Source of the DNA: Anaerolineae bacterium
GTDB lineage: Bacteria; Chloroflexota; Anaerolineae; CG2-30-64-16
Direction of reading: 5' to 3'
DNA length: 46,290 nt
Assembly (NCBI GenBank): GCA_025454635.1
Contig: JALOOB010000013.1
Location: 1 to 46,290, forward strand
Shown here: positions 17,726 to 25,331 of the stretch, one piece after another
How the letters are laid out: each line of letters starts with the position of its first letter
Position numbering within the stretch: position 1 is the first letter of the stretch
Program-made: the position numbers and the translations under genes
Notes under the pieces: model-generated
Seen by the model: the letters and a program-made list of their open reading frames with translations, nothing else
What the model was told of the DNA's origin: nothing
The model's database searches: none

Positions 17726-18336
17726 CAGGTGGTTAACCCCGGTGGTTCATACGTATCCGCAGCGGGCGCGTGAGCGTATCGCACGCCGACCACCTGCATC
17801 CACTCCGGCTCGGGCAGGGGGTTGCGGGTGAGTGTCATGCCCGCCTTGAGCATGACGGCCTGCGACGCGTGGTTATCGTGTTCGGTTGTGGCGAGGATGC
17901 GCCAGAGCCGCAAATGGTCGAACGCGAAGGCGATGAGCACCCGCGCAGCCTCTGTCGCGTATCCGCGACGCTGCCGCACCGGGTCGATGGCCCAGAACAG
18001 GCCGATCTCCGGCGTCATCTCCCCCGCCATGGATGGTCCGGGCGTCCGCGTCAGCTCGGGGATCTGGTCGAAGGGCATGAGCAGGGGGACGTAGCCGGCC
18101 GCGCCGATAACGTCGCCGGTCTCGCGCAGCGCGATTGCGCGGTCGCCGTAAGGGGGCTGGCCCATGCGCGGGAGCCACTCGGCGTTGAGTTGGTTCCACT
18201 CGAGCCAGGTCCCGCGCTCGGCCAGCGCGCGGGGCGCGTCGGCCTCGTTCGAATGGAACGCCTCGCGCAAGATGCGGTGGATCGTGGGGAGGTCGTCGCG
18301 TCCGAAAGGTCGTATCACCAATCGCTCAGTCGTCAA
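17725..18336 (-). CDS. GNAT family N-acetyltransferase (RimJ/RimL-like)
   Basis: MTTERLVIRPFGRDDL...RQRRGYATEAARVLIAFAFD...HDNHASQAVMLKAGM. TTG start. Confidence 0.8.
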   Translation of the reverse strand: MTTERLVIRPFGRDDLPTIHRILREAFHSNEADAPRALAERGTWLEWNQLNAEWLPRMGQPPYGDRAIALRETGDVIGAAGYVPLLMPFDQIPELTRTPGPSMAGEMTPEIGLFWAIDPVRQRRGYATEAARVLIAFAFDHLRLWRILATTEHDNHASQAVMLKAGMTLTRNPLPEPEWMQVVGVRYAHAPAADTYEPPGLTT

Positions 18337-18592
18337 TTCGTCCAGCTAGCTCTCCTTGCGCATCCTGTTCGTCGTCGCAGCGCACGCAGTTCAACTCGTA
18401 GCCGAGAAAGCGCGCCCGGCCCTCCGGCTCCAACACCCACGAGCGGAATCGCAGCGGCGGGTTGTGGCGCACATGCTGTCCGTGCCCGCACGCCAGCTCC
18501 GCCACCCAGTCCCCCTCGTCGTCCTGATGCCAGCCGATGATGGGTTGCTTCACGACTCCTGTCCAATGCCTTTGTATCGCTGCGCCGGGCAT
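18326..18592 (-). CDS. DUF3565 domain protein
   Basis: IIGWHQDDEGDWVAELACGHGQHVRHNPP motif recalled for DUF3565. Overlaps the GNAT start by 11 nt. Confidence 0.65.
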   Translation of the reverse strand: MPGAAIQRHWTGVVKQPIIGWHQDDEGDWVAELACGHGQHVRHNPPLRFRSWVLEPEGRARFLGYELNCVRCDDEQDAQGELAGRIDD

Positions 18593-18600
18593 GTTATCAT
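18572..18600 (+). promoter_or_regulatory. Promoter for the MNT/HepT pair (TTGTAT - 17 nt - TATCAT with TGt extended -10)
   Basis: ttgtat at 18572-18577, 17-nt spacer, tgt+tatcat at 18592-18600. Overlaps the 5' end of the divergent DUF3565 gene. Confidence 0.4.
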
Positions 18601-18653
18601 CATCGAAGACCTACGGCAAGGGCATTGTTGCCTCCTTGCGCAGGAGGGAGGGC

Positions 18654-18971
18654 ATGATCAACCGCAACTTTGACTGGCCGATGGAGCAGATCCGAGCGTT
18701 CTGCGAGCGATGGAAGATCACCGAACTGTCGGTGTTCGGGTCGGTGCTGCGCGACGACTTCCGGCCGGACAGCGACATTGATTTGCTCGTCTCCTTCGCG
18801 CCGCATGCGGGATGGAGCCTGTTTGACCTCGCTCATATGGAAGAGGAACTTGAGCAGATGCTTGGGCGGGACGTGGATCTTGTCACTCGCCGCGGGCTCG
18901 AGCGCAGCCGCAACTACCTCCGCAAAGCGGCCATCTTCGGCAGTGAGGAGCCAGTCTATGTCGCGGGATGA
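18654..18971 (+). CDS. mntA: MNT-type nucleotidyltransferase antitoxin
   Basis: AGGAGGGA before the ATG at 18654. FGSVLRDDFRPDSDIDLLV nucleotidyltransferase motif. Confidence 0.85.
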   Translation: MINRNFDWPMEQIRAFCERWKITELSVFGSVLRDDFRPDSDIDLLVSFAPHAGWSLFDLAHMEEELEQMLGRDVDLVTRRGLERSRNYLRKAAIFGSEEPVYVAG

Positions 18972-19296
18972 AGTTGTGCTCCTGGACATCGCTAACGCCT
19001 GCGAAAACATCGCCGAGTTTATTCGCGAAATGGACTCTGCTGAGTTCTTCGACGACATCAAGACTCAATCTGCCGTGATGCATCAGATCCTTGTCATTGG
19101 CGAAGCCGTCAAGCGTCTTTCGCCCGAATTCCGCCAATTCCATGCCGAAATCCCGTGGAAAGATATGGCGGGCATGCGCGACAGGCTCATTCACGACTAC
19201 GACAACGTGGATTTGGACCGTGTTTGGGATACCGTAACTGAGAGTCTGCCGGCCCTCTTGAAGCAGATTCGGCCATTTATTCCACCTCCCCCTTAA
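18958..19296 (+). CDS. hepT: HepT (DUF86/HEPN) toxin
   Basis: The ATG at 18958 overlaps the mntA stop by 14 nt. R-x4-H HEPN motif in MRDRLIHDYDNVD. Confidence 0.85.
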   Translation: MSRDEVVLLDIANACENIAEFIREMDSAEFFDDIKTQSAVMHQILVIGEAVKRLSPEFRQFHAEIPWKDMAGMRDRLIHDYDNVDLDRVWDTVTESLPALLKQIRPFIPPPP

Positions 19297-20275
19297 GGTC
19301 ACGCCCGTTCTCCTTGCCCATCAGACCATCGTTGATTTTCGCCTCATCAACCGCGTCATCAACGTTTGCCTCACGCATCGCTCGCCCCAGCGTCAGAGCG
19401 ACCATGATGTCAGAAAGCGGCGCGCCTTCCGCCGCGGCCCGCATCACATCCACCGGCGCGGACGCGCCCGTCCACAGCTCAAAAGCGCGCGCGCCCTGGT
19501 GGACCAACATGCCTAACCCGTTGATGGTGGTGGCGCCGCGCTCGCGCGCGAGCCGCAGCCACTCCGTCTCGCGGTGATAGATCAGGTCATAGGCCACTTG
19601 CCCCGGCCCAATCACGGCGGCTTCCGTCCATGGCAGCGGATCGCCCTCATGCAGACCGAGGCTGGTCGCGTTGACGATTAATTCGGGTTGAGGCGTAGCC
19701 TGCGTTAGGGACGGAAGCGCGTTGGGGAAGGGGTGAGCGGACACCCGCGCACCGGGATGCGCTGCGCGCACGGCTCGACATAACTCCTCTGCCTTTGACG
19801 CGTCCCGCGCGCACACCGCGACCTCGCTGCCGGCTTCGGTCAGCGCGAAGACGACCGAGCGCGCGGCGCCCCCTGCGCCGATTACGATGCTGCGACTGCC
19901 GATCAACACGTTATGTTCGCGCAGATCGGCCAGGAACCCGTAGCCGTCCGTCGTGTCGCCCAGCAGCGACCCGTCCTCCCGCACGATGATCGTGTTCACC
20001 GCGCCAACGGCGCGCGCCGCGGCGGTGAGTTCGTCGAGGTAAGGAATGACCGCCTGCTTATGCGGCACGGTGACGTTCGCGCCGCGGAAGCCGAGCGCGC
20101 GGAGGCCGCGCAGCGCCTCATCCACGCGGTCCGGCTCCACCGGCAGCGGGACATACGCCCAGTCGAGCCCGAGCGCGGCGAACGCCGCGTTGTGCATGGC
20201 GGGGCTGCGGCTGTGGCTGACAGGCCAGCCGATCACCCCGACCAATCGTGTGTTTCCTGAAATCATCCTTGCCAT
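19277..20275 (-). CDS. aroE: Shikimate dehydrogenase with ~40-aa non-conserved C-terminal extension
   Basis: GVIGWPVSHSRSPAMHNAAF, NVTVPHK, GAGGAARSV, MLVHQGARAFELWTG. The ORF runs on into lower-GC DNA and overlaps the hepT 3' end by 20 nt. Start (20275 vs 20266) uncertain. Confidence 0.85.
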   Translation of the reverse strand: MARMISGNTRLVGVIGWPVSHSRSPAMHNAAFAALGLDWAYVPLPVEPDRVDEALRGLRALGFRGANVTVPHKQAVIPYLDELTAAARAVGAVNTIIVREDGSLLGDTTDGYGFLADLREHNVLIGSRSIVIGAGGAARSVVFALTEAGSEVAVCARDASKAEELCRAVRAAHPGARVSAHPFPNALPSLTQATPQPELIVNATSLGLHEGDPLPWTEAAVIGPGQVAYDLIYHRETEWLRLARERGATTINGLGMLVHQGARAFELWTGASAPVDVMRAAAEGAPLSDIMVALTLGRAMREANVDDAVDEAKINDGLMGKENGRDLKGEVE

Positions 20276-20294
20276 CTTGGCTGCGAAACGGCAA

Positions 20295-20370
20295 GCAGAT
20301 GACGCAGATGGGGTGGATCAGCATAATCTTGATCGAGATCGTGTCGATCCGCCTTATCTGCGTTATCTGC
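20295..20370. repeat. AT-rich palindromic intercistronic element (9-nt phased, ...GAT units), homologous to the element at 22533-22629
   Basis: Arms gcagatgacgcagatggggtggatc (20295-20319) / gatccgccttatctgcgttatctgc (20346-20370), 21 of 25 complementary. Begins 3 nt after the aroA stop. Confidence 0.8.
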
Positions 20371-20373
20371 GTC

Positions 20374-21591
20374 CTACTCCCATTTTATCTGCGCGCCGAG
20401 CTGCCGCATGGCCTCGACAAAGCCGGGGAACGAATCGTTGATCGCCTGCGCACCCTTAACGATTGTCGGACTGTCTGCGACGAGACCGGCGACCGCCAGC
20501 GCCATGGCGAGGCGGTGATCGCGGTGGCACTCGACCTCCGCGCCGCGCAACTTGACCGGCCCGGTGATCGCCATGCCGTCGGGACGCTCCTCGACCTTTG
20601 CGCCCATCTTGCGCAGTTCCGTCGCGACCGAGGCGATGCGGTCCGATTCTTTCACGCGGAGCTCGGCTGCGTCGCGTACGATCGTCGTCCCCTCCGCCTG
20701 GGTGGCAAGGACGGCGAAGATGGGGAACTCATCAATGGCGCGCACGACAGTGTCGCCGGCGACCTCGACCGCGTGGAGGTCCGCGTGGAGAACGGCCAAT
20801 TCTCCGACCGGCTCGCCGACCCCCTCTGTGTCCTCGGCACTCTCCGAGATCCCCAAATCGTACGCCTGCGCCGCGACCCCGCCCATCTCGAGCAGCAGGT
20901 CGAGCAGGCCCGTGCGCGTTGGGTTGAGGCCAACGTTGGCGAGCGTGACGCGCGAGCGCCGCACGATGGTTGCCGCCACCAGCGGGAACGCGGCCGATGA
21001 GAAATCGCCGGGGATAATCAATGGTCGCTTGCCCCCCGCGCAGCCGCACGATCGGCCCATCCGTCTCCACCTCTACGCCGAACCAGCGCAGCATCCGCTC
21101 GGTGTGGTCGCGCGAGGGACCGGGCTCGCGCACGGTGGTCTCGCCCTCGCCAAACAGCGCCGCAAGCAGGATAGCTGACTTGACCTGCGCGCTGGCGACT
21201 GGCAGGGTGTAGTCGATCCCGCGCAGGTTGCCCCCCGTGATGGCCAGCGGCGGGAATCTGCCGCCGTCCGCGCCGTTCACGGTGGCGCCCATGAGGCGTA
21301 ACGGCTCGGCCACCCGGCCCATGGGGCGCCGGCGCAGCGGTTCCGTCCCGTCGAGCAGGCGCATCGTCGTGCCGGACCCCTCGCAGAAGAGCGTCCCCGC
21401 GGGCGGGGTGAGCGCCCGCAGGCCCTTGCCGCGGACGCGCAGAACACCTCAGCCGGCACCCAACCCTCGACGACCGTTTCGCCCCTGGCAAGGGGCGCGA
21501 GCATCAGCGCGCGGTGCGTGATGGACTTGTCGCCGGGAACGGCAACAGTCCCGCGGAGGGGGCCGGAGGGATGGATGATGAGATCGGACAT
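20374..21591 (-). pseudogene. aroA: EPSP synthase split over three frames by two lesions (or two sequence errors)
   Basis: N-terminal piece [48 protein letters not shown] (frame of ORF 21277..21591). Middle piece [31 protein letters not shown]...ASAQVKSAILLA...SRDHTERML (frame of ORF 20732..21364). C-terminal piece IIPGDFSSAAFPLVAA...KESDRI...HRDHRLAMA (ORF 20374..21060). Confidence 0.85.
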
Positions 21592-21654
21592 AGGGCCGCG
21601 CCTTTCGTGTGAGCCAACTGTGAGATTCCCGAGAACCCGTCTGGTCGCCGTGGC

Positions 21655-22509
21655 CTACAACTTCAAACCGCTCCGCAGGGCGCTCGCGGCGGCGAGCCGT
21701 TCGCTCAACGCGGCTTCGTCACCTGCGGCGAGCGCGGCGCGCAGCGACGCCATTTCCGTGGCGAAGAGATCGAGCCACGCGAGCACCGCGGGCCGGTTCG
21801 TCATCAGGATGTCGAGAAACATGGCCGCATCGCTGGCTGCGACGCGCGTCGTGTCGCGGAAGCCGGACGCCGCGAGCGCCCAGGCCAGCGGATCGTTGCC
21901 CGCAGCGACCGCGTTGACGAGCCCTGTCGCCGCAAGATAGGGCAGGTGGCTGATCGCGGCGACCGCGCGGTCGTGCTCGGAAGGATCGAGGACGAGCGCC
22001 CGACTGCCCGCAGCTTCGGCCAGCGCGGTGGCGGTCAGCAGCGCGGCCTCCGACGTGCGCGAGAGCGGGCAAAGGACGAATGTCTTGCCGCTGTACAAGT
22101 CCGCGTCGGCGGACGCGAACCCGCCGGTCTCCTTGCCGCACATGGGGTGTCCGCCGATGGGTTGAAGCCCCTCAGGGAGGCGCGCCATGGCCGCGCAGAC
22201 CTCGCCCTTTGCGCTACCGAGGTCGAGGACGAGCGCGCCGGGCCGCGCGTGGCGGGCGACTTCGTCGAGTTGAGAGAGCAGCGCGCGGACGGGTGTGGCA
22301 AGGACGATGACATCGGCGTCGGGCGCGGCCTCCGCCAGCGTCGCGCCGGCGCGGTCGATTGCGCCGCTGGCTTGCGCGGCCGCGCGTGTGGCCGGGCTGC
22401 GGCTGACGCCGATGATCTTGCGCGGCCACTCCGCGCGCTGCAGCGCGAGCGCGAGCGACCCGCCCATCAGGCCGAGCCCGACAATGCAGATAGAAGGTTT
22501 GTCCGGCAT
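21655..22509 (-). CDS. tyrA: Prephenate dehydrogenase
   Basis: ICIVGLGLMGGSLALAL Rossmann motif. GGHPMCGKE. HDRAVAAISHLPYL. Confidence 0.9.
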   Translation of the reverse strand: MPDKPSICIVGLGLMGGSLALALQRAEWPRKIIGVSRSPATRAAAQASGAIDRAGATLAEAAPDADVIVLATPVRALLSQLDEVARHARPGALVLDLGSAKGEVCAAMARLPEGLQPIGGHPMCGKETGGFASADADLYSGKTFVLCPLSRTSEAALLTATALAEAAGSRALVLDPSEHDRAVAAISHLPYLAATGLVNAVAAGNDPLAWALAASGFRDTTRVAASDAAMFLDILMTNRPAVLAWLDLFATEMASLRAALAAGDEAALSERLAAASALRSGLKL

Positions 22510-22532
22510 AAATCACCGTCTGTGGGGGAGCT

Positions 22533-22629
22533 GGAATTCAACGCGGATAACGAAGATGGGGTGGATTCGCAAGGAGCCCCTTGAGATCACGCTGATCCAC
22601 CAAAATCTGCGTCATTTGCGTTCAATTCC
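22533..22629. repeat. AT-rich palindromic intercistronic element, same family as 20295-20370
   Basis: ggaattcaacgcggataacgaagatggggtggat ... atccaccaaaatctgcgtcatttgcgttcaattcc. Shares (A/C)GAAGATGGGGTGGAT ... GATCC(A/G)CC..ATCTGCGT with the aroA/aroE element. Confidence 0.8.
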
Positions 22630-22639
22630 GTTTCCACTC

Positions 22640-23653
22640 TCAGAGTGTCCTTCCAACTGCGAGCGCGAGCTGCTTCAGTTCGCGCACGAGCGCAGCAAAC
22701 TTTTCCGGCTTGAGCGACTGCGCGCCGTCAGACATGGCCTGCGCCGGATTGGGATGCACCTCGATCATCAGGCCGTCGGCGCCCGCGGCGATGCACGCCC
22801 GCGCGGTCGGCGCGATCAGCTCCCACTTGCCCGTGCCGTGGCTCGGGTCGCCGAAGATGGGCAGGTGCGTCCATTGCTTCATCAGGGCGATGCCGTTGAT
22901 GTCAAGTGTGTTTCGGGTGGCCGTCTCGAACGTGCGGATGCCGCGCTCGCAGACCATCACCTGCCGGTTGCCGCCGCTCAGCACATACTCGGCAGCCATC
23001 AATGTCTCCTGCACGGTCGCCATCATGCTGCGCTTAAGGAAGACGGGCGTGCGTGTCTTGCCGACCGAGAGCAGCAGCGCGAAGTTTTGCATGTTGCGCG
23101 CGCCGATCTGGAACACATCGGTGTACTTGCCCACGAGCGGCACGGCCTCGGGCGACATGACCTCGGTGATGATGGGCAGGCCGCTCTCCTCGCGCGCCTC
23201 GGCGAGCATCTCCAGCCCGTCCTCACCCAACCCCTGGAAGGAGTAGGGGGAGGAGCGCGGTTTGAACGCGCCGCCGCGCAGGAGGTCGGCGCCCGCTTCC
23301 TTGACCGCGCACGCGGTCTCGATGAGCATGGCGCGACTCTCGACCGAGCACGGGCCGGCGATCATCGTGATTTTCGGGCCGCCGACTTCGACCCCGCGCA
23401 CGTCGATCACGGTGTTCTCGGGGTGGAAGTCGCGGCTCGCCAGTTTGAACGGCTGGAGGATGCGGACGACCTGCTCCACGCCCGCGAGCATTTCGAAATT
23501 GTGGGACTGGACCGGGCGGTCGTCTCCGACGACGCCGATGATAGTGCGCTCGGTGCCCTGCGACAGGTGCGCCTTGTAGCCCAGCGTTTCGACCTGCTGG
23601 ACGACGGTGTCGATCTCGGCCGCGGTGGCCGAGCGTTTCATGACGACAATCAT
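22640..23653 (-). CDS. aroF: Type I-beta DAHP synthase with N-terminal ferredoxin-like regulatory domain
   Basis: AAGGAG 7 nt before the [36 protein letters not shown] (regulatory domain), then [39 protein letters not shown]. Confidence 0.9.
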   Translation of the reverse strand: MIVVMKRSATAAEIDTVVQQVETLGYKAHLSQGTERTIIGVVGDDRPVQSHNFEMLAGVEQVVRILQPFKLASRDFHPENTVIDVRGVEVGGPKITMIAGPCSVESRAMLIETACAVKEAGADLLRGGAFKPRSSPYSFQGLGEDGLEMLAEAREESGLPIITEVMSPEAVPLVGKYTDVFQIGARNMQNFALLLSVGKTRTPVFLKRSMMATVQETLMAAEYVLSGGNRQVMVCERGIRTFETATRNTLDINGIALMKQWTHLPIFGDPSHGTGKWELIAPTARACIAAGADGLMIEVHPNPAQAMSDGAQSLKPEKFAALVRELKQLALAVGRTL

Positions 23654-23667
23654 GTGTGACTCCTTTA

Positions 23668-23741
23668 GAAATCGAAGATTGCAAATTGAAGATTGAAGGT
23701 GGCCCGCCGATTTTCAATCTTCACTCCCCAATCTTCAATAT
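23668..23741. repeat. Heptamer-phased AT-rich palindromic intercistronic element (GAAGATT/AATCTTC units)
   Basis: gaagatt gcaaatt gaagatt gaaggtg gcccgcc gattttc aatcttc actcccc aatcttc aatatct. Perfect 11-bp pair 23687-23697 / 23713-23723 and 8-bp pair 23674-23681 / 23729-23736. Confidence 0.8.
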
Positions 23742-24989
23742 CTACTCGTTTGCCGCGGGGTAACTGCCAAGCAGCTTCAGGAACGCGGTGCGCGTCAGCA
23801 GGCCGAGCAGCGCGCGGTTGATCGTCGCGTCCTGCCAGTGGCCTTCCAGGTCGACGTAGAAGACATAGTGCCACGGGCGGTTGCGCCGTGGGCGGCTCTC
23901 GATTTTGGTCAGGTTGATGCTGCGCGTCGCCAGCTCGCCGAGCACGTGGTAAAGCGCGCCTGGCGTGTGCATCGTGGCGAAAACGATGCTGGTCTTGTTG
24001 ACCTTTGCGGGGGGCGGCTCCTCCCGGCCGAGCAGGAAGAAGCGAGTGGTGTTATCCGGCGAGTCCTCGATGCCGGCGTCGAGCACTTCCAGGCCGTAGG
24101 TTTCGGCGGCTAGCGCGCTGGCAATGGCGGCCGTGCCGGGCTGCGGATCGGCGGCAAGGTCTTTCGCTGCGCCCGCGGTGTCATAGGCGACGATGGCTTC
24201 CCACCCACGCGTGCGGAGGTACCGTTCGCACTGGGCGAGGGCCTGGTAGTGCGAATGGACGCGCTTGATTTCGGACTGCTTCGTTCCCGACGGAGCGAGC
24301 AGGCAGTGGCGCACGCGGAGCTTGACCTCGCCCACGACGCGCAGGTCGTGGTCAAGGAGCAGGTCGAATGCCTGGTTGATCGAGCCTGCCTGCGAGTTTT
24401 CCACCGGCAGCAAGCCGAGGGTGGCCGTGCCGTCCTCGACCGCGCGGAAAACGTCCTCGAACGTAGCGCACGGCACGGTGTTCACCTGACGGCCGAAGTG
24501 CTGGAAGATGGCTTCCTGCGAGTAGGCGCCCGGCTCGCCCTGGAAGGCGACCGTGCGCGGTGACTCGACGCGCGCCTTGCCGTTGCTCTTGGGCTCCTCA
24601 ACGACCGGCGGCTCAATGGGCGTGAACTCGGAGCCGATGTCCGGGCGGAGCGCGACCGCGCCCCGCAGGTAGATGTGGCGCACGTCGTAGATGGGGCGCT
24701 CAGTGTTCCAGTGGATGAGCGTGCGGACCGTGCGCGGCAAGCCCTCGTTGGTCTCAATTTCGACCGCGGAGAGCAGGGGGACGTGATGCCAGCCGAACTC
24801 GCGCGCGGCGCGGGCCGGGAACGCGGCGTTGAGGTCAGGCGTGACGGTGAAGATGGCGCTCGCGACATCCTCCGGGCTGACCCCGTTCGCCGTGACGATC
24901 GCAGCGAGCAGTTCCTGGGTGGCGGTGAGAATTTCCTCGACGGTGTTGGCGGCCACGGTGGTGGCCCCGCGGATGCCTCGAACGGCCAT
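23742..24989 (-). CDS. pheA: Fusion of AroH-class chorismate mutase with prephenate dehydratase and ACT domain
   Basis: GGAGGAG 3 nt before the ATG at 24989. [12 protein letters not shown]...[20 protein letters not shown] resembles B. subtilis AroH. Then [15 protein letters not shown]...TRFF...ESRP (PDT plus ACT). Confidence 0.9.
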   Translation of the reverse strand: MAVRGIRGATTVAANTVEEILTATQELLAAIVTANGVSPEDVASAIFTVTPDLNAAFPARAAREFGWHHVPLLSAVEIETNEGLPRTVRTLIHWNTERPIYDVRHIYLRGAVALRPDIGSEFTPIEPPVVEEPKSNGKARVESPRTVAFQGEPGAYSQEAIFQHFGRQVNTVPCATFEDVFRAVEDGTATLGLLPVENSQAGSINQAFDLLLDHDLRVVGEVKLRVRHCLLAPSGTKQSEIKRVHSHYQALAQCERYLRTRGWEAIVAYDTAGAAKDLAADPQPGTAAIASALAAETYGLEVLDAGIEDSPDNTTRFFLLGREEPPPAKVNKTSIVFATMHTPGALYHVLGELATRSINLTKIESRPRRNRPWHYVFYVDLEGHWQDATINRALLGLLTRTAFLKLLGSYPAANE

Positions 24990-25040
24990 GATCTCCTCCA
25001 GATGTAGGTCGGGGGTCACGCTCACCACCAAGAACCCAAG

Positions 25041-25105
25041 ACATTAAGTTTCACGAAGCTTGCTAAGCCCTTAGTGAACCTTTGGTTCATTGATTCTTAG
25101 TGGTG
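25041..25105. repeat. Weaker AT-rich repeat-containing spacer (CTTAGTG/GCTAAG units, tgaacc-ttt-ggttca hairpin) between the attenuator and pheA
   Basis: cttagtg occurs twice, its near-complement gctaag occurs once, and there is a small hairpin. Less regular than the other elements. Confidence 0.3.
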
Positions 25106-25131
25106 ACCGGCTCCTTCCGGCGACGGACAAT

Positions 25132-25163
25132 AAAAAGAGCGTGGAAGCTGGGCCTCCACGCTC
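25132..25163 (-). terminator. Intrinsic terminator in the aromatic-operon leader (attenuator terminator)
   Basis: Minus strand GAGCGUGGAGG-cccag-CUUCCACGCUC (11 bp including one G-U) followed by UUUUUAUU. About 140 nt upstream of the pheA ATG. Confidence 0.75.
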
Positions 25164-25188
25164 GGCTAATCTTGGCTGGACTCTGGCG

Positions 25189-25290
25189 TCATTGCTTCAG
25201 CGGCAAACCTGTTCCAGCCGGCGGGGGGCAAAGCCGGGGCGGGCTGGAATAATAAAAGTAGAAGCTCGCGCCGCTGAGCAGGTAAAGCAT
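25189..25290 (-). CDS. Candidate leader peptide MLYLLSGASFYFYYSSPPRLCPPPAGTGLPLKQ (33 aa) with five consecutive Phe/Tyr codons
   Basis: AAGAGG 9 nt upstream of the ATG at 25290. Codons UUC UAC UUU UAU UAU at 25263-25249. UGA at 25191-25189. Lies between a consensus promoter and a terminator. Confidence 0.6.
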   Translation of the reverse strand: MLYLLSGASFYFYYSSPPRLCPPPAGTGLPLKQ

Positions 25291-25331
25291 CTTTAGCAGC
25301 CTCTTGAAGTGCGGGTCACAAGATGGGCGGG

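Noticed and set aside
22295-23659. 454-aa + strand ORF spanning the tyrA end, the spacer and aroF; similar ORFs at 25463..26692 +, 29525..30478 +, 6655..7842 + and 34751..35815 +
   Set aside because: Each is antisense to a gene with strong family motifs. Their translations are low-complexity.
14800-23741. CRISPR array interpretation of the short phased repeats
   Set aside because: The units are 7-9 nt, not 24-48 nt, and have no unique spacers. Each element is a self-complementary palindrome confined to one intergenic gap, and there are no cas genes.
25090-25296. 68-aa + strand ORF in the aromatic-operon leader region
   Set aside because: No ribosome-binding site and no recognisable similarity. 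The region is better explained on the minus strand by promoter, leader ORF and terminator.
25120-25330. T-box riboswitch as the regulator of the aromatic operon
   Set aside because: The minus strand has GAUUAG...GCGUGGAGG just before the terminator, faintly like the AAUUAGGGUGGUACCGCG T-box. However, the highly conserved GGUGGUACCGCG core, the Stem I K-turn and the AG-bulge/distal-loop motifs are not visible. A covariance-model scan should still be run.
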